From Candidatus Bathyarchaeia archaeon (GTDB lineage Archaea; Thermoproteota; Bathyarchaeia; Bathyarchaeales; Bathycorpusculaceae), in NCBI GenBank assembly GCA_049516875.1, contig JBEKSS010000001.1, positions 416,001 to 480,000 on the forward strand: a DNA stretch of 64,000 bases, written 5' to 3'. The first letter of the stretch is position 1. Each line of letters begins with the position of its first letter. The position numbers and the translations under genes were made by a program. The notes under the pieces are model-generated. The model was given only the letters and a program-made list of their open reading frames with translations. It had not been told where the DNA came from and searched no databases. Positions 49,536-60,133 of the stretch are shown here, in pieces.

Positions 49536-50513
49536 TCAGCGTCGCAGGCAGACTTCTTGAACTGTTTTCGCGGTTTCATTCAGTTTGGAGAACAGCAATT
49601 CAAGTGTTTCGATGAAAGCGTTGTAGTTTGTCCAAAGAGCCACTGTTTTGGATTTCCTTTTGTCGATGTCATCCTCTCTTTCATCATTTTGTTGAATCGC
49701 GATTAACAGTTCCTTTCTGTCAGATATGATGAAGCAAGGTATGTTATCGACATCTACGACTCGGTGCTTGTGACCTGCCCAACTCATTTTTCCCAAGAAG
49801 AACCTGCCTTTCAAAGAGTTTTCCGTCAGCAACGCGATGTCCAGCTTCTTCGAGCACACTTCCAGGTTGTCTATGAAATCACTATGGTACAGTTGACCCA
49901 AATATTCGCCTGGGGCAAATATCTGAATTTCTGTTCTTGCCCTTTCAAGAAGTTCATTTGCTTTAAGAAGTATTTGCTGACCGCCTTCGAGTATTTGGAA
50001 AATCTCTTTCTTGCTGCTTTCAAGTTTCGGCTGCGGCATAGACGACCAAAGGTCGACCAAGCCAGCTTTTTCCTTCTCCAAGAGCCTGATTCTCATTTTC
50101 TGAGCTTCTATCAACAGGTCTACCGCTTTTTCCAGGGGCACCGCCGTAAACTTCAGCGGTTTTTCGAAAACCGAAAAAACGATACCTTTCTTCTCCAGAT
50201 CACGCAGAATTCTGTACGTCTCTGTCCTATGAAGCATTATTGCCTCAGCGACTTCGGCGGCCTTTCTTTCCCCCGCTCTCGCAAGATAGACGAAGACCCT
50301 TATCTCGTTTTTCAGCAGTCCGAATCTGGACAGGGTGTCCTCTATCATCATGAGCTGCTTGTTAAACCCCTTGTCTCTTTTGACGAACTTCCATGATTCA
50401 TTCTTCTCATCATATACCTTGATCAAATCGTCGATTTTTTCCATTGACAGTTCCATGACCATTCTCCTACGCTCATCGCGATCTGAGCTTGACGGCCAAT
50501 TCTGATGAAGCAT
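49536..50513 (-). CDS. TrmB-family transcriptional regulator
   Basis: 'FGLLKNEIRVFVYL...RTETYRILRDLEKKGIV...PLKFTAVP'; PLD-like effector domain 'FIISDRKELL'. Confidence 0.85.
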   Translation of the reverse strand: MLHQNWPSSSDRDERRRMVMELSMEKIDDLIKVYDEKNESWKFVKRDKGFNKQLMMIEDTLSRFGLLKNEIRVFVYLARAGERKAAEVAEAIMLHRTETYRILRDLEKKGIVFSVFEKPLKFTAVPLEKAVDLLIEAQKMRIRLLEKEKAGLVDLWSSMPQPKLESSKKEIFQILEGGQQILLKANELLERARTEIQIFAPGEYLGQLYHSDFIDNLEVCSKKLDIALLTENSLKGRFFLGKMSWAGHKHRVVDVDNIPCFIISDRKELLIAIQQNDEREDDIDKRKSKTVALWTNYNAFIETLELLFSKLNETAKTVQEVCLRR

Positions 50514-50780
50514 ATACTTTACGCTTATGAACTCAAAATCTGAATCAGAAATTCACGGTTGACAGACCTCGCTCTGCAATAAGAGCAAAATCGCATTGAC
50601 AGCGCGTAATTTGCTTGGACTCGATGATATCGGCAGGGTAGAGTGTTTGGAGACGGTTGTGTCACGCCACGAGGAGAAACGAGTCGGATTGTTGTTTATG
50701 AATCGGTTTTGGGCATATTTCGACGACAGAAGGATAGTTTAACTGTCTTTTAAACATCTTTCTTTTTGGAGAAATTCTAA

Positions 50781-51143
50781 GTGGGGCTGATGGAGTTGAT
50801 GGAGAAAGTTGAGACGCGGTCAGGAAATGCGCATCAAGTAATACTGAGCTATAATGGAACAGTGTTTTACGTGTCCACGGTTCGCGTTCACTTTTGTAAA
50901 GGGGATATGAAGCATGAGGCGATATTCTGTGCCAAAGAAACAAAGGATGGTCCATCGAAAGATTTGGCCATGGAAATACCGCAAGACCTGTACGAGGTCT
51001 TGCTAAAATATGTCCGCCTGAATAACCCAGATCTTATACTCGTCTTGCAGGTCGAGGGCAGCAACTGCAGATGGGGTTTCACAAGCGAAACCTGGCTAAG
51101 ACAGTATTCACGCAAAGATAATTCCCGAAACTACGTTGTCTAG
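50781..51143 (+). CDS. Hypothetical protein
   Basis: About 120-aa ORF, start uncertain. Confidence 0.45.
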   Translation: MGLMELMEKVETRSGNAHQVILSYNGTVFYVSTVRVHFCKGDMKHEAIFCAKETKDGPSKDLAMEIPQDLYEVLLKYVRLNNPDLILVLQVEGSNCRWGFTSETWLRQYSRKDNSRNYVV

Positions 51144-51451
51144 CTCGGCGTTGAAGACTCCAGCATCATATGCAGGATAGCAGAAGAGACAAGGAATCAA
51201 CTGAGAAAGTCCGCAAAATCGCCCTTGTGAATAAGAGCCTCCTACACACTGAGATTTAGCAAGAAATAGTCCGAAAACGCCAAACACGACAGTTAACGCA
51301 AGCAGCGATAAAGTTCAGTTTGCATTTTGATCTTGAATTCATAACCTATTTATTCGTACAAAGACACCTTTTCCAAGAAAAGAGGAACCCGATTGTCAAT
51401 TAGTAAACACATTAAATTCGTTCAGAAAGAACACTTTCTTGGTGATGTGAA

Positions 51452-52750
51452 TTGAGGATTGGTTTTTTTGTTTGGGAATACCCACCGGCGCTTGTCGGCG
51501 GTTTAGGCACTTATGCTGAGTACATAACGCGCCAATTCGTTTCCATGGGCAACGACGTAACAGTTTTTACCCTTAACCCGGGAAACCTCAAAACTCGAGA
51601 AATTCTGAAAGGCGTGGAAGTTCACAGACCTTTGATTGCCGATGCAAGCAATGTTTTCCCGATGTTCGTCATCGACGACTTGAAAAAATGGGGGACGAAT
51701 ATACGCATGTTCAATGACATATTCATCTATAACATTCTGAGCGCGTCAAAATTCATAAACAGCATGTTGAAAAAGGAAGGCTGTAATTACGACATCGTCT
51801 GCGTGCATGATTGGCTGAGCAGCATATCCGGTCTCATGGTCAAGAATGAAACAAAAACACCAGTGGTCTTTCACGTCCACAGCACCGAGTGGGGTAGAGC
51901 AGGAGGGCAAGGATCAGAAGTTGTCTCACACCTCGAGTGGGCAACGTCCCAGAAAGTGGACAAAATCATAACTGTCAGCCATTCCATGCAAGAAGACTTG
52001 GTCAGACACGGATGGCCAAAATCCAAAATAAGCGTAGTCTGGAACGGCGTAGACCCTGAATATTACAATCCCAGAACCTGCAAACCCGAGGACGTAGAAG
52101 CAATACGCAACAGGTATGCGATAAAACCTGACGAAAAAATGGTTTTGTTCCTCGGAAGACTCACCTGGGTCAAAGGTGTTACAAACCTCGTTCAAGCAAT
52201 GCCCATGGTATTGGCGGACTATCCTAACACTAAACTAGTGATTCTCGGAAAAGGTGAACAACAAAACGACATAATCGAAACCGCAAACAGACTCGGAATA
52301 AGCGAAAAAGTTGCTTGCAGGTTTGAATTCGTACCAGAAAGAGAACGTATCCTACATTACGCAGCAGCAGACGTTTGCATTTTCCCCTCCACTTACGAAC
52401 CGTTTGGAATAGTAAGCCTGGAAGCCATGTCAATGGAGAAACCGATAATTGTTGGAGCCCAAGGCACAGTTGGATTCACAGAGCAAGTCATTCCCACTGG
52501 ACCTGACCAGAACGGCGTTCACGTAAACGGTGGCAACCCATCCGATATTGCATGGGGCATCAAGGAAACCCTATCTGATCCCGACAGAGCCAAAAAATGG
52601 GGAATAAACGGCAGAAGAAGGGTGTTGCAATATTTCACATGGCGAGAAGCTGCAGAACAGACTCTTCGAATATATGAAATGGTTCAACATCCACCAGGAC
52701 ACGAGGAATTTAAATTAGTCGATTTGGTCGAGAAGCTAACAAGAACATAA
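51452..52750 (+). CDS. Glycosyltransferase family 4 (glycogen synthase-like)
   Basis: 'WEYPP..VGGLG', 'HDW', 'YEPFGIVSLEAM'. Confidence 0.92.
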   Translation: MRIGFFVWEYPPALVGGLGTYAEYITRQFVSMGNDVTVFTLNPGNLKTREILKGVEVHRPLIADASNVFPMFVIDDLKKWGTNIRMFNDIFIYNILSASKFINSMLKKEGCNYDIVCVHDWLSSISGLMVKNETKTPVVFHVHSTEWGRAGGQGSEVVSHLEWATSQKVDKIITVSHSMQEDLVRHGWPKSKISVVWNGVDPEYYNPRTCKPEDVEAIRNRYAIKPDEKMVLFLGRLTWVKGVTNLVQAMPMVLADYPNTKLVILGKGEQQNDIIETANRLGISEKVACRFEFVPERERILHYAAADVCIFPSTYEPFGIVSLEAMSMEKPIIVGAQGTVGFTEQVIPTGPDQNGVHVNGGNPSDIAWGIKETLSDPDRAKKWGINGRRRVLQYFTWREAAEQTLRIYEMVQHPPGHEEFKLVDLVEKLTRT

Positions 52751-52881
52751 GAAGCCAAATGATTCTGCGCATCTCATAGTTTGTGACACCTACGCGCGCG
52801 CAAGTAGAGAGCCACAATCAGATGTTGCTGCCGTTGTCAAAATGCGAAAGGTTTATTAAATATCAATACTGCATATATACC

Positions 52882-53037
52882 TAGCGAAGGGCTGCCGACC
52901 AGTTTGGACCTAAGCTTGCAGACTTGAGTTCTGATTGCTTGTGTTCCTCGAATCCCGGTCTTGTCGTGCATCGCGGTTCTTGACGCAGCTCGTAGCTCAG
53001 GGTTGGCAGCCCCCGGGCAAAGAACACAACTTTTTTT
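52882..53037 (+). ncRNA. Candidate ~155-nt hairpin sRNA with its own promoter and U-tract
   Basis: BRE/TATA CGAAAGGTTTATTAA at 52845-59; 12-bp stem 52889-900 with 53001-12; T7 at 53031-37. Confidence 0.55.
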
Positions 53038-53075
53038 GCTATACATGTTTGCTGTTTTTAACGAAAAGTAACACC

Positions 53076-53145
53076 GGAGAGGCGGAGACGCTGGGTTCAA
53101 GCTTAATTTTGGCGAACGTTCCCAGAGTCGAACCCTTTCCAAACA
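53076..53145 (+). ncRNA. Candidate H/ACA-like hairpin
   Basis: GGAGAGG/CCTTTCC basal stem, internal loop, GAC-CTGGG/CCCAG-GTC upper stem, ACA 2 nt after the stem. Confidence 0.35.
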
Positions 53146-53152
53146 GTCTACG

Positions 53153-53575
53153 TTAGATTGCACGCATGTTGGAAAGCTTTTCAACCATATCAATCATTTT
53201 CTGATCAACGCCAACCGTCCAGGCAATGTTACTTAGGGTAATCAAACCGACAAGCTTTCCATTCTCCACGATAGGAAGCTTCTTTATCTTCTTTTGAAAC
53301 ATGAGCCTGGCAGCCTCATGGATTTCCATGTCAGGGCTTCCCACAATTAGCTTCTTTGTCATGATGTCTGATACAACCAGTTTTCTAGGATCCCTAGCTT
53401 TTTCCAGAACCTTCTTCAGCAGGTCTCTCTGAGTCACAATCCCTCTTGTTTCTCCATTATCCTCGATAATCAAACATCCTATGTTGTTCTTGTTCATCAC
53501 CTTTACCGCGTTGTCTACAAGAGCGCAGGAACCTACCTTCACTATGTCCTTGACCATGACATCTTTAGCCCTCAA
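53153..53575 (-). CDS. CBS-domain protein
   Basis: Two CBS motifs, 'GIVTQRDLL' and 'LPIVENGKLVGLIT'. Confidence 0.9.
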   Translation of the reverse strand: MRAKDVMVKDIVKVGSCALVDNAVKVMNKNNIGCLIIEDNGETRGIVTQRDLLKKVLEKARDPRKLVVSDIMTKKLIVGSPDMEIHEAARLMFQKKIKKLPIVENGKLVGLITLSNIAWTVGVDQKMIDMVEKLSNMRAI

Positions 53576-53774
53576 GAAATTCCTCCGTTAGGAGGTAAGC
53601 CATCTTTTTCTTTTAAGGAATTGTGTGTAATAGGGTTTACTCTCAGTGGAATAGCACTTTCTAGTTAAATTCTGTTGCATATCGTTCGCGGCATCGAAAA
53701 CCTTATTTCAGTATGCTTAAATTGAAGTGTGCTGTTAACTTCCGAAGGCGAATCCTAGGCTGTTAGCTTGACGC

Positions 53775-53874
53775 AGCGGGGTGGGGTAGCCAGGATTAAC
53801 CCGCTGGGCTCATAAAAGCTCGGTTGCTTCGGGAAACCCAGAGATCAGTAGTTCAAATCTACTCCCCGCTACCA
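53775..53874 (+). tRNA. Initiator tRNA-Met(CAT) with a 21-nt intron at 37/38 (53815-53835) and encoded CCA
   Basis: AGCGGGG/CCCCGCT acceptor stem (A1-U72), CTGGG/CCCAG anticodon stem, CAT at 53811-13, T-loop TTCAAAT. Confidence 0.92.
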
Positions 53875-54066
53875 AGAACATACGTAATGGCTCCTCTTCA
53901 AAAATGCTTCATCCCATTCCCCCATCCTTTAAGCTTTGAACGCTTCTCTTTTTGAATGCCTGCCTTTTCAAATCTGCCAACAAAGCAAGGTTTGATACTT
54001 GATTCAGCATGAGAAGGGAATTAAAAGTATTAATACCTCAGGGTTCCACACCTAACGTGAATTGTT

Positions 54067-55588
54067 ATGCACATTAATGCCATAGAGAACTCCTTGCTTC
54101 AGGCCACGGTTAATCCATTCCTCAAGCGGATAATCAGCCTTATAGATAAGAAATGTCCGAGAGACGGAAGTCTTCTTCTGAACTCTCTGAAGGACTTTCT
54201 GGGCGAACCGGTTCCTCTATGTCCAACATGTAAAAGTGTAAGCACCAAAATGGCTAAACACTTCTACAGACTTGGAAGCAACTTTTTACACGCAGATATG
54301 GACTTCATGCGCAACCAGTTTCTGAACGATGAGTTCGGAGAGGCCTGGCTCAGGGGGTTTGGCCTCATGATGAAGGGTATAGAGAAATACGGCGTACGCA
54401 TCCCTTTTACGCCAGCAGGACCGTTTGAAATTGTTTGGAACGTCACTTATCGATGCAATCTGAGATGTAAACACTGCTACGAAAACGCTGGTCAAAAGCG
54501 CCCAGAACTCTACTGACGAAGCCAAACAAGTGTTAGATAAAATCTCGAAGTTGTCGGGCATCGGTCTGCCAGCGCTGTCCTTCAGTGGTGGTGAACCGCT
54601 TGCGAGAAGGGACTTTTTTGAACTTGCAGCCTATGCAAGAAAACGTGTGGGCTACTTAAGTATCGCTTCAAATGGCACATTGATTACGCCAGACAATGCA
54701 AAAAGAATCAAAGATGTCGGAGTCGACTACGTGGAGATAAGCATCGATGGAGCAACGCCCGAGGTTCATGACTCGTTTAGAGGCATTCCAGGTGCGTTTG
54801 AAATGGCGATTGAAGGTGTAAGAAACTCTCTTGAAGAGGGCGTGGACACTTGCATTGCAACCGTCTTGCACAGGGACAACGTGAATGAGCTGGATAAGCT
54901 TGCCGGATTATCAAAACAGTTGGGTACGAGGTTCATGCATTTTAACTATGTTCCGACGGGAAGGGCAAAGGCTCATGTTGAACTGGATTTGACTCCGGAC
55001 CAGAGGTACCATGTGCTTGAAACCATCGGCAAAGAGATAGTCGGGCTTTACATGCAGAAGAAAGAGGAGGAAATCAAGTCTGGGAAGTCGGACATTAAGG
55101 TTGACAAGTTTTTCAGCACATGTCCGCAGTGCGCAAGCGTTACAAAGGACCTATCGCAAAGACAGAGAGGGAAGTTTATGGTGGAAGCTCACTATGCCGC
55201 GAAGCAAGGCGTTGAGAATGTCGCCAACTTCTTGGGGGGATGCGGTGCTGGACGGCTGTACTGCTGCCTCGAACCAAACGGAGACATAAAGCCCTGTGTC
55301 TTTTTCCAAACGTCCAAGGAAACAGTTCTTGGAAACATGTTGAAAGATAGCTTTGAAGAAATATGGGACACGCATCCGCTACTGTGGAAACTTCGCATAA
55401 GGGAAGACCTTGAAGACTGCTTAATAGGCGGAGAGAAAGTGGGCTGCGGAGAATGCCCTGACAAGTACATATATGGAGGGTGCAGGACCAGAGCCTACAG
55501 CTACTTTAATGGCAATGTGAAAATGCCGGATGTCGGCTGCATTCACAATGAGCCTCTATGGGAAAAGATATCTAGTTCAAGGAGATAG
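54067..55588 (+). pseudogene. Radical SAM/SPASM protein split by a frameshift near 54510
   Basis: CxxxCxxC 'CNLRCKHC' in ORF1, 'SGGEPL' and SPASM cysteines in ORF2; 'YIYGGCR' lacks the expected Cys. Confidence 0.8.
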
Positions 55589-55630
55589 CAGGGAAAGAAA
55601 CCCTAGACATCTACCTCAACAGTTAACAGA

Positions 55631-55828
55631 CTACGCCTTTCCTTTCTCTTCCTTCCCGAAATACGAAGTCCATTTGAGTTTGCGCGCATCTCTTCTCAAA
55701 AACAAGGAGCTTTTTCTACACTTACTTGAACAGAACCACAAAAGCGATCCATCATTCTTGATGAACATCATGCCCGTCCCCGCTGGGAATTCGTTGCCAC
55801 AAAACGAGCATTTCCTGGGCCTCGGCAT
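55631..55828 (-). CDS. rpl24e: 50S ribosomal protein L24e
   Basis: 'CSFCG...PAGTG.MF...[10 protein letters not shown]'. Confidence 0.95.
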   Translation of the reverse strand: MPRPRKCSFCGNEFPAGTGMMFIKNDGSLLWFCSSKCRKSSLFLRRDARKLKWTSYFGKEEKGKA

Positions 55829-55860
55829 CAGCGATCTCTCCGGATAACCTTGGTCCTAGC

Positions 55861-56091
55861 TTATCGGTTAATCTTCCTTGCTTCTCTTTCTGTTTCCCTG
55901 AGCATCAGAAGGTCTTGGGCTCGCACGGGTCCTTTCACATTGCGCGTTATGATGCGACCCTTGTCTTTCCCTTCGAGGATGCGTACTCTAACTTGCGAGA
56001 TTTCTCCGGTTACACCTGTGCGTGCTATGACTTGAATTACCTCTGCCGGCGTAAGCTCCGCCTGCTCAGCCTCTCTCTCCCCTCTGCTCAT
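55861..56091 (-). CDS. rps28e: 30S ribosomal protein S28e
   Basis: 'RTGVTGE..QV.V...[22 protein letters not shown]'. Confidence 0.95.
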   Translation of the reverse strand: MSRGEREAEQAELTPAEVIQVIARTGVTGEISQVRVRILEGKDKGRIITRNVKGPVRAQDLLMLRETEREARKINR

Positions 56092-56471
56092 TAGGTCGTT
56101 CCTCTTCTCAACTGCTCAACTCTTGTAACAATCTCTTTGACCAACCCTGCGGCATCTCCTTCTTTAACAACGCATGCCGCTCCAGCAGGAACGTCAATAC
56201 CTATGGCGCTGCCAATCTTTTCCTTGCTCGGGACAAATATGTACGGAATTTTTCTTTCTTCACACAGCAAAGGCAAGTGGGCAACGACTTCTGGTGGCTG
56301 GACGTCCTCGGCTATCACTACAAGTTTAGCCTGGGCTCTTTCAATCGCCTTCGTTGTTTCGTTTGTGCCTTTCCTAACCGTGCCTGTTTTTGCAACTATT
56401 TGCAGGGCTTCATAGGCGGCATCTGCTAGCTCCTTCGAAACTTCAAACTTCACATAGAATGGCTTGGACAT
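56091..56471 (-). CDS. rpl7ae: 50S ribosomal protein L7Ae
   Basis: '[35 protein letters not shown]'. Confidence 0.96.
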   Translation of the reverse strand: MSKPFYVKFEVSKELADAAYEALQIVAKTGTVRKGTNETTKAIERAQAKLVVIAEDVQPPEVVAHLPLLCEERKIPYIFVPSKEKIGSAIGIDVPAGAACVVKEGDAAGLVKEIVTRVEQLRRGTT

Positions 56472-56819
56472 AAGCCTCTCCCTTCAAATGCACAGTCTAA
56501 TCAATAGATCTCATTTATGAAGGTTTCTACTAACATTAGCTCCGAAAGCAAGCGACTAAATCACGGCCCTCTGCATTGCCGCCAAATGATGAAATCTTCT
56601 AAACGTTGGATTCTAGCGGTTCCATTCATTTCCTCGTCTCTTCTGCTGATCAATGTATTGACTTTCTTGATTGACAATCTGGGCTTGCAAGCCACAGGGA
56701 AGTGTCACAATCTTACACAAAGCCACGATGTTGACCGTGATCAGTGCAGACTGAGAGCGCGAGTCATGTACCCACGAAGATTCAACCACTAGAGAATTTC
56801 GATCTGGGTTTGCCATCAC

Positions 56820-57300
56820 TTCATTCTTGTCTTTTTCGACCTTAGTTTTACAGTCCCATATACCATGGCAAAAACTAGCAGAAAATAGAATGGCAAGTCT
56901 AAGATGAATGGCGCCCAGGCAATTCCCACTCCCTGCAGTCCATACTGGATTACGGTTCCTTCCCCATGTTGGGCAGGTCGGCTGGATCCGCTCAGAATAA
57001 TCTGTAACCACTCCAGAGAAATGCCGTAGTGGCGGATGATTGTGTAACCGAGAGGTTTGTTGCTTCTGTTCGAACATAACTGAGATATGCCGCGAAATTG
57101 AACAGAAGCAGCAGAATGAGGACCAAAACAAACTCTTTCACAGACAGTTCAAAGCTCTCCAATATTCTGGAGAACAGCCCTTTCTCTTTGGAGGTTTTCA
57201 CTGAAACGTGCACCGGAATGGTCGTCACGTCTTCATCACAATGAGGACAGTTCTTTGAGTTTTGGTGAACCAAGCGTCCGCAATGAGGACAGAAAGATAT
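56820..57300 (-). pseudogene. Degraded double-Zn-ribbon membrane protein remnant
   Basis: 'CPHCG..VHQNSKNCPHC' then hydrophobic segments broken across frames. Confidence 0.35.
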
Positions 57301-57729
57301 TGCTTGTTCCGAATAGAGGCTTTGCCTGCAGTTTGGGCAGACGTGTTGGTTGGGGTCTTTCTAGGAAGCGCCGCAATGTGGGCAGTGACCCCCCTTGTAC
57401 CGCTCCTGCCAAATTGAAGGAAGTGTCGTTTAAAGCTCCACTATTTCCTTCACTATTCCGGCGTTTTTCGCTGCCAGGTCTCTTCTGCTAACCGAAAACC
57501 AATCACCCACAGGCGCATTCTTTGACCCCATCTTGTCCATTTATTCACTCCACTGACTTGCATTAGACACTTCAGTTCAAGCATCAAATCAACAAAAGCC
57601 AAGCTTAAGACTTCAAACCGAGCTATTTTGGAGTATTGAACCTAGCGCAGGTGAAGGCCTGGACGTAGAAAGGTTTAAATAGGCTGCATGGTTGAAGCAC
57701 TTCGCTTTTCATGAGGGGATATTAAAAGT

Positions 57730-57987
57730 TTGCAGAGACTAGGCCTAATCCTCCATGTAACTCCATCCCATAACATCATAGCAAAGATTGAAAACGTACC
57801 CAGAATTGGTGAAACAGTCGTGGATGAGAATCTGAAGCCTGTTGGAAAGGTTTTCGACATACTTGGTCCGGTGTCTTCGCCTTACGCAACGATAGCTCCC
57901 ACGATTCGAGACCCTGAGAAACTGGCTAACAGGAAAGTGTACATACTCCCCTCAAAGAGGAGAAAGGAGAAAAACAGGTATGGATGA
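57730..57987 (+). CDS. gar1: H/ACA RNP protein Gar1
   Basis: '[14 protein letters not shown]'; directly upstream of tfb. Confidence 0.88.
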   Translation: MQRLGLILHVTPSHNIIAKIENVPRIGETVVDENLKPVGKVFDILGPVSSPYATIAPTIRDPEKLANRKVYILPSKRRKEKNRYG

Positions 57988-58954
57988 TGGTGAAGAAGTG
58001 CGGGCAGATTCAACGTCTGCACCGCCAACGCAAGGCCCTGAACATGTGAAGATACAGAGCTGCCCAGAGTGCGGCAGTACCAGAATCATGCGAGATTATG
58101 AATGTGCCGAACTCGTCTGCATGAACTGTGGTTTCGTGCTGGCTGCGAAGATAACTGACAGAGGACCGGAATGGAGAGCTTTCGACGATGAACAGAGGAC
58201 CAAGAGGACAAGGGTTGGCGCGCCGTTGACGTACACAATCCATGATAAAGGCTTATCAACGATGATTGACTGGCATGACAGAGACATTTACGGCAAAAGC
58301 CTGTCACCTGGACAAAAAGCACAGGTATATCGTCTTCGAAAATGGCAGCGTCGAATAAGAGTTTCAGACGCAACAGAACGTAACCTCGCATTTGCATTAT
58401 CTGAAATCACGAAAATTGCTAATAACCTGAACCTTCCAAAGAGCATTCTTGAAACAGCGTCAGTGATTTATCGAAAAGCCGTCAAAGAGCGACTGATACG
58501 AGGAAGATCGATTCAAGGTGTAACAGCCGCAGCCATCTATCTGGCCTGCAGACAATGCGGGCTGGCTAGAACACTGGAAGAGATAGCACAGGCGTCAAGT
58601 GTGAACAAGAAGGAAGTAGGCCGCAGTTACCGCTTCCTGATTAAAGAGCTCAACTATTCTATTCCACCGCTTAAACCAAGCCAGTACATAACAAAGTTCT
58701 CGAACCAGCTGACAATGCAAGGGAAAGTTGAGGAAATCGCCCACAAAATCTTGGCAGCCGCAAAAGAACTGAAGCTGACTTCAGGTCGGGGTCCAACCGG
58801 CATCGCAGCCGCAGCAAGTTACATCGCTTCAGTCTTAACTGGAGAAAGAAGGACCCAGAGAGAGATAGCCGAGATAGCACAAGTGACTGAGGTCACAATT
58901 CGAAACCGTTACAAAGAGCTTGTTGAACGACTGGCATTCCAAATTACGCTCTAA
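57980..58954 (+). CDS. tfb: Transcription initiation factor IIB (TFB)
   Basis: Zn ribbon, 'GPEWRAF', two cyclin repeats, '[13 protein letters not shown]'. Confidence 0.97.
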   Translation: MDDGEEVRADSTSAPPTQGPEHVKIQSCPECGSTRIMRDYECAELVCMNCGFVLAAKITDRGPEWRAFDDEQRTKRTRVGAPLTYTIHDKGLSTMIDWHDRDIYGKSLSPGQKAQVYRLRKWQRRIRVSDATERNLAFALSEITKIANNLNLPKSILETASVIYRKAVKERLIRGRSIQGVTAAAIYLACRQCGLARTLEEIAQASSVNKKEVGRSYRFLIKELNYSIPPLKPSQYITKFSNQLTMQGKVEEIAHKILAAAKELKLTSGRGPTGIAAAASYIASVLTGERRTQREIAEIAQVTEVTIRNRYKELVERLAFQITL

Positions 58955-59163
58955 ACCCTCTTCCCTTTTTCTTAGTGTCGACACTACATCATCCCATTGC
59001 TCTAGACCCTTTCATCAAGAGCTAAGCGGATTTTTCATTCTACTGGTTCCATTTTTTCACTGAATTTGCAGGCAATTGCTAGGCCTTTCAGGTTCGGTTT
59101 GGTGTTCACTGCAAAACGCATTTTAGACCCAATGTGTGATGTTAAGGGGGGAGGAGAAGCTAT

Positions 59164-59592
59164 TTGGTTAATTGTCCAAAATGTGGAAATGATGTGAAGA
59201 CTCCGGCTAAGACTTGGCCTATTCCTTCGAGAGAATCTTTGAAAGAGGATGAAAAGCCCCGGCTTGTTGGCATATTTGAATGTCCAAATTGCAAGGCTAG
59301 GTTCAGATCCGCTGTGGAGACTGAAACTGAACTCAGAGAGACAGTAAACATTAAGAACATGGTTGAAAGAATTAAGTGCATAAAAGGGGAACTCATGCAG
59401 ACATTGATGAATCTTCGTGAAAAAATAAACACTCTGGAAACCGAACGTGCAAGTTTAATGGTTGAAATTGAGAAGCTGAGAGAAGTTGCAGAATCAAGAG
59501 TCGACGCTCTTGAAAGCGAGGTAAGCATGCTGCGAAACGAAGTAAAATCTCTGAGAGACCTACTGGGGTACAAGGAAGAAGAAAAACCGTAG
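59164..59592 (+). CDS. Cren7-like Zn-ribbon domain fused to a coiled coil
   Basis: 'CPKCG...P.KTW.I...VGIFECPNCKARFR' followed by ~80 aa of heptads. Confidence 0.6.
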   Translation: MVNCPKCGNDVKTPAKTWPIPSRESLKEDEKPRLVGIFECPNCKARFRSAVETETELRETVNIKNMVERIKCIKGELMQTLMNLREKINTLETERASLMVEIEKLREVAESRVDALESEVSMLRNEVKSLRDLLGYKEEEKP

Positions 59593-59648
59593 AGAAACTG
59601 GCTGGCAGCCTCATTTGCAACTGTTCTGGCTTTTCGCCCTGCTACACA

Positions 59649-60044
59649 TTAAGAAGACAAATATTGCTTGTAGTATTCCGTTGCCTTGGCTACTGCTTTT
59701 TCCGGATCATTCAAGATTAGATATTTTTCAGCAGTAACCCTTTCTGCTTCACCATAATACTCCACTACTTTCTTCGTGTTACCTTCGTAAATTGCCAATC
59801 CACCGGCAACCTCATACCACATCCGGGCACGCGAGACGTCTTTTTCCTTATCGGCCTTTTTGGCATTGTCAACAGCTTCTTTCATGGAAACATCAACTTT
59901 CCTAGGGTCAAGGAACATGACAGGAGATAAGGCTTCATACGCCTCCCTGTCGCTTCCGCAAATTTGTTCGAGGCCTGTCAAATTTCTCATCGTCTCCTTA
60001 CTCGCTTTGCTTTTCTCTTTTCCTTTTCCAAACATTTTTGCCAA
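59649..60044 (-). CDS. Hypothetical protein
   Basis: 131-aa clean ORF with a helical, TPR-like C-terminal half. Confidence 0.65.
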   Translation of the reverse strand: MAKMFGKGKEKSKASKETMRNLTGLEQICGSDREAYEALSPVMFLDPRKVDVSMKEAVDNAKKADKEKDVSRARMWYEVAGGLAIYEGNTKKVVEYYGEAERVTAEKYLILNDPEKAVAKATEYYKQYLSS

Positions 60045-60133
60045 TTCAAGCCTCTCTTGCTCGCGAATACTTTGGATCTAACTCTACTATAAGAGGGGTT
60101 AATCTTAAAGGTTTGTCCTTCTATTAAGTACGT

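Noticed and set aside
49764-50396. Long antisense ORFs (also 25301-25894, 39487-40017, 60161-60676)
   Set aside because: Shadows of well-supported genes on the opposite strand
53775-53874. tRNA-iMet as att site of a second island
   Set aside because: No duplicated tRNA 3' end or integrase found nearby
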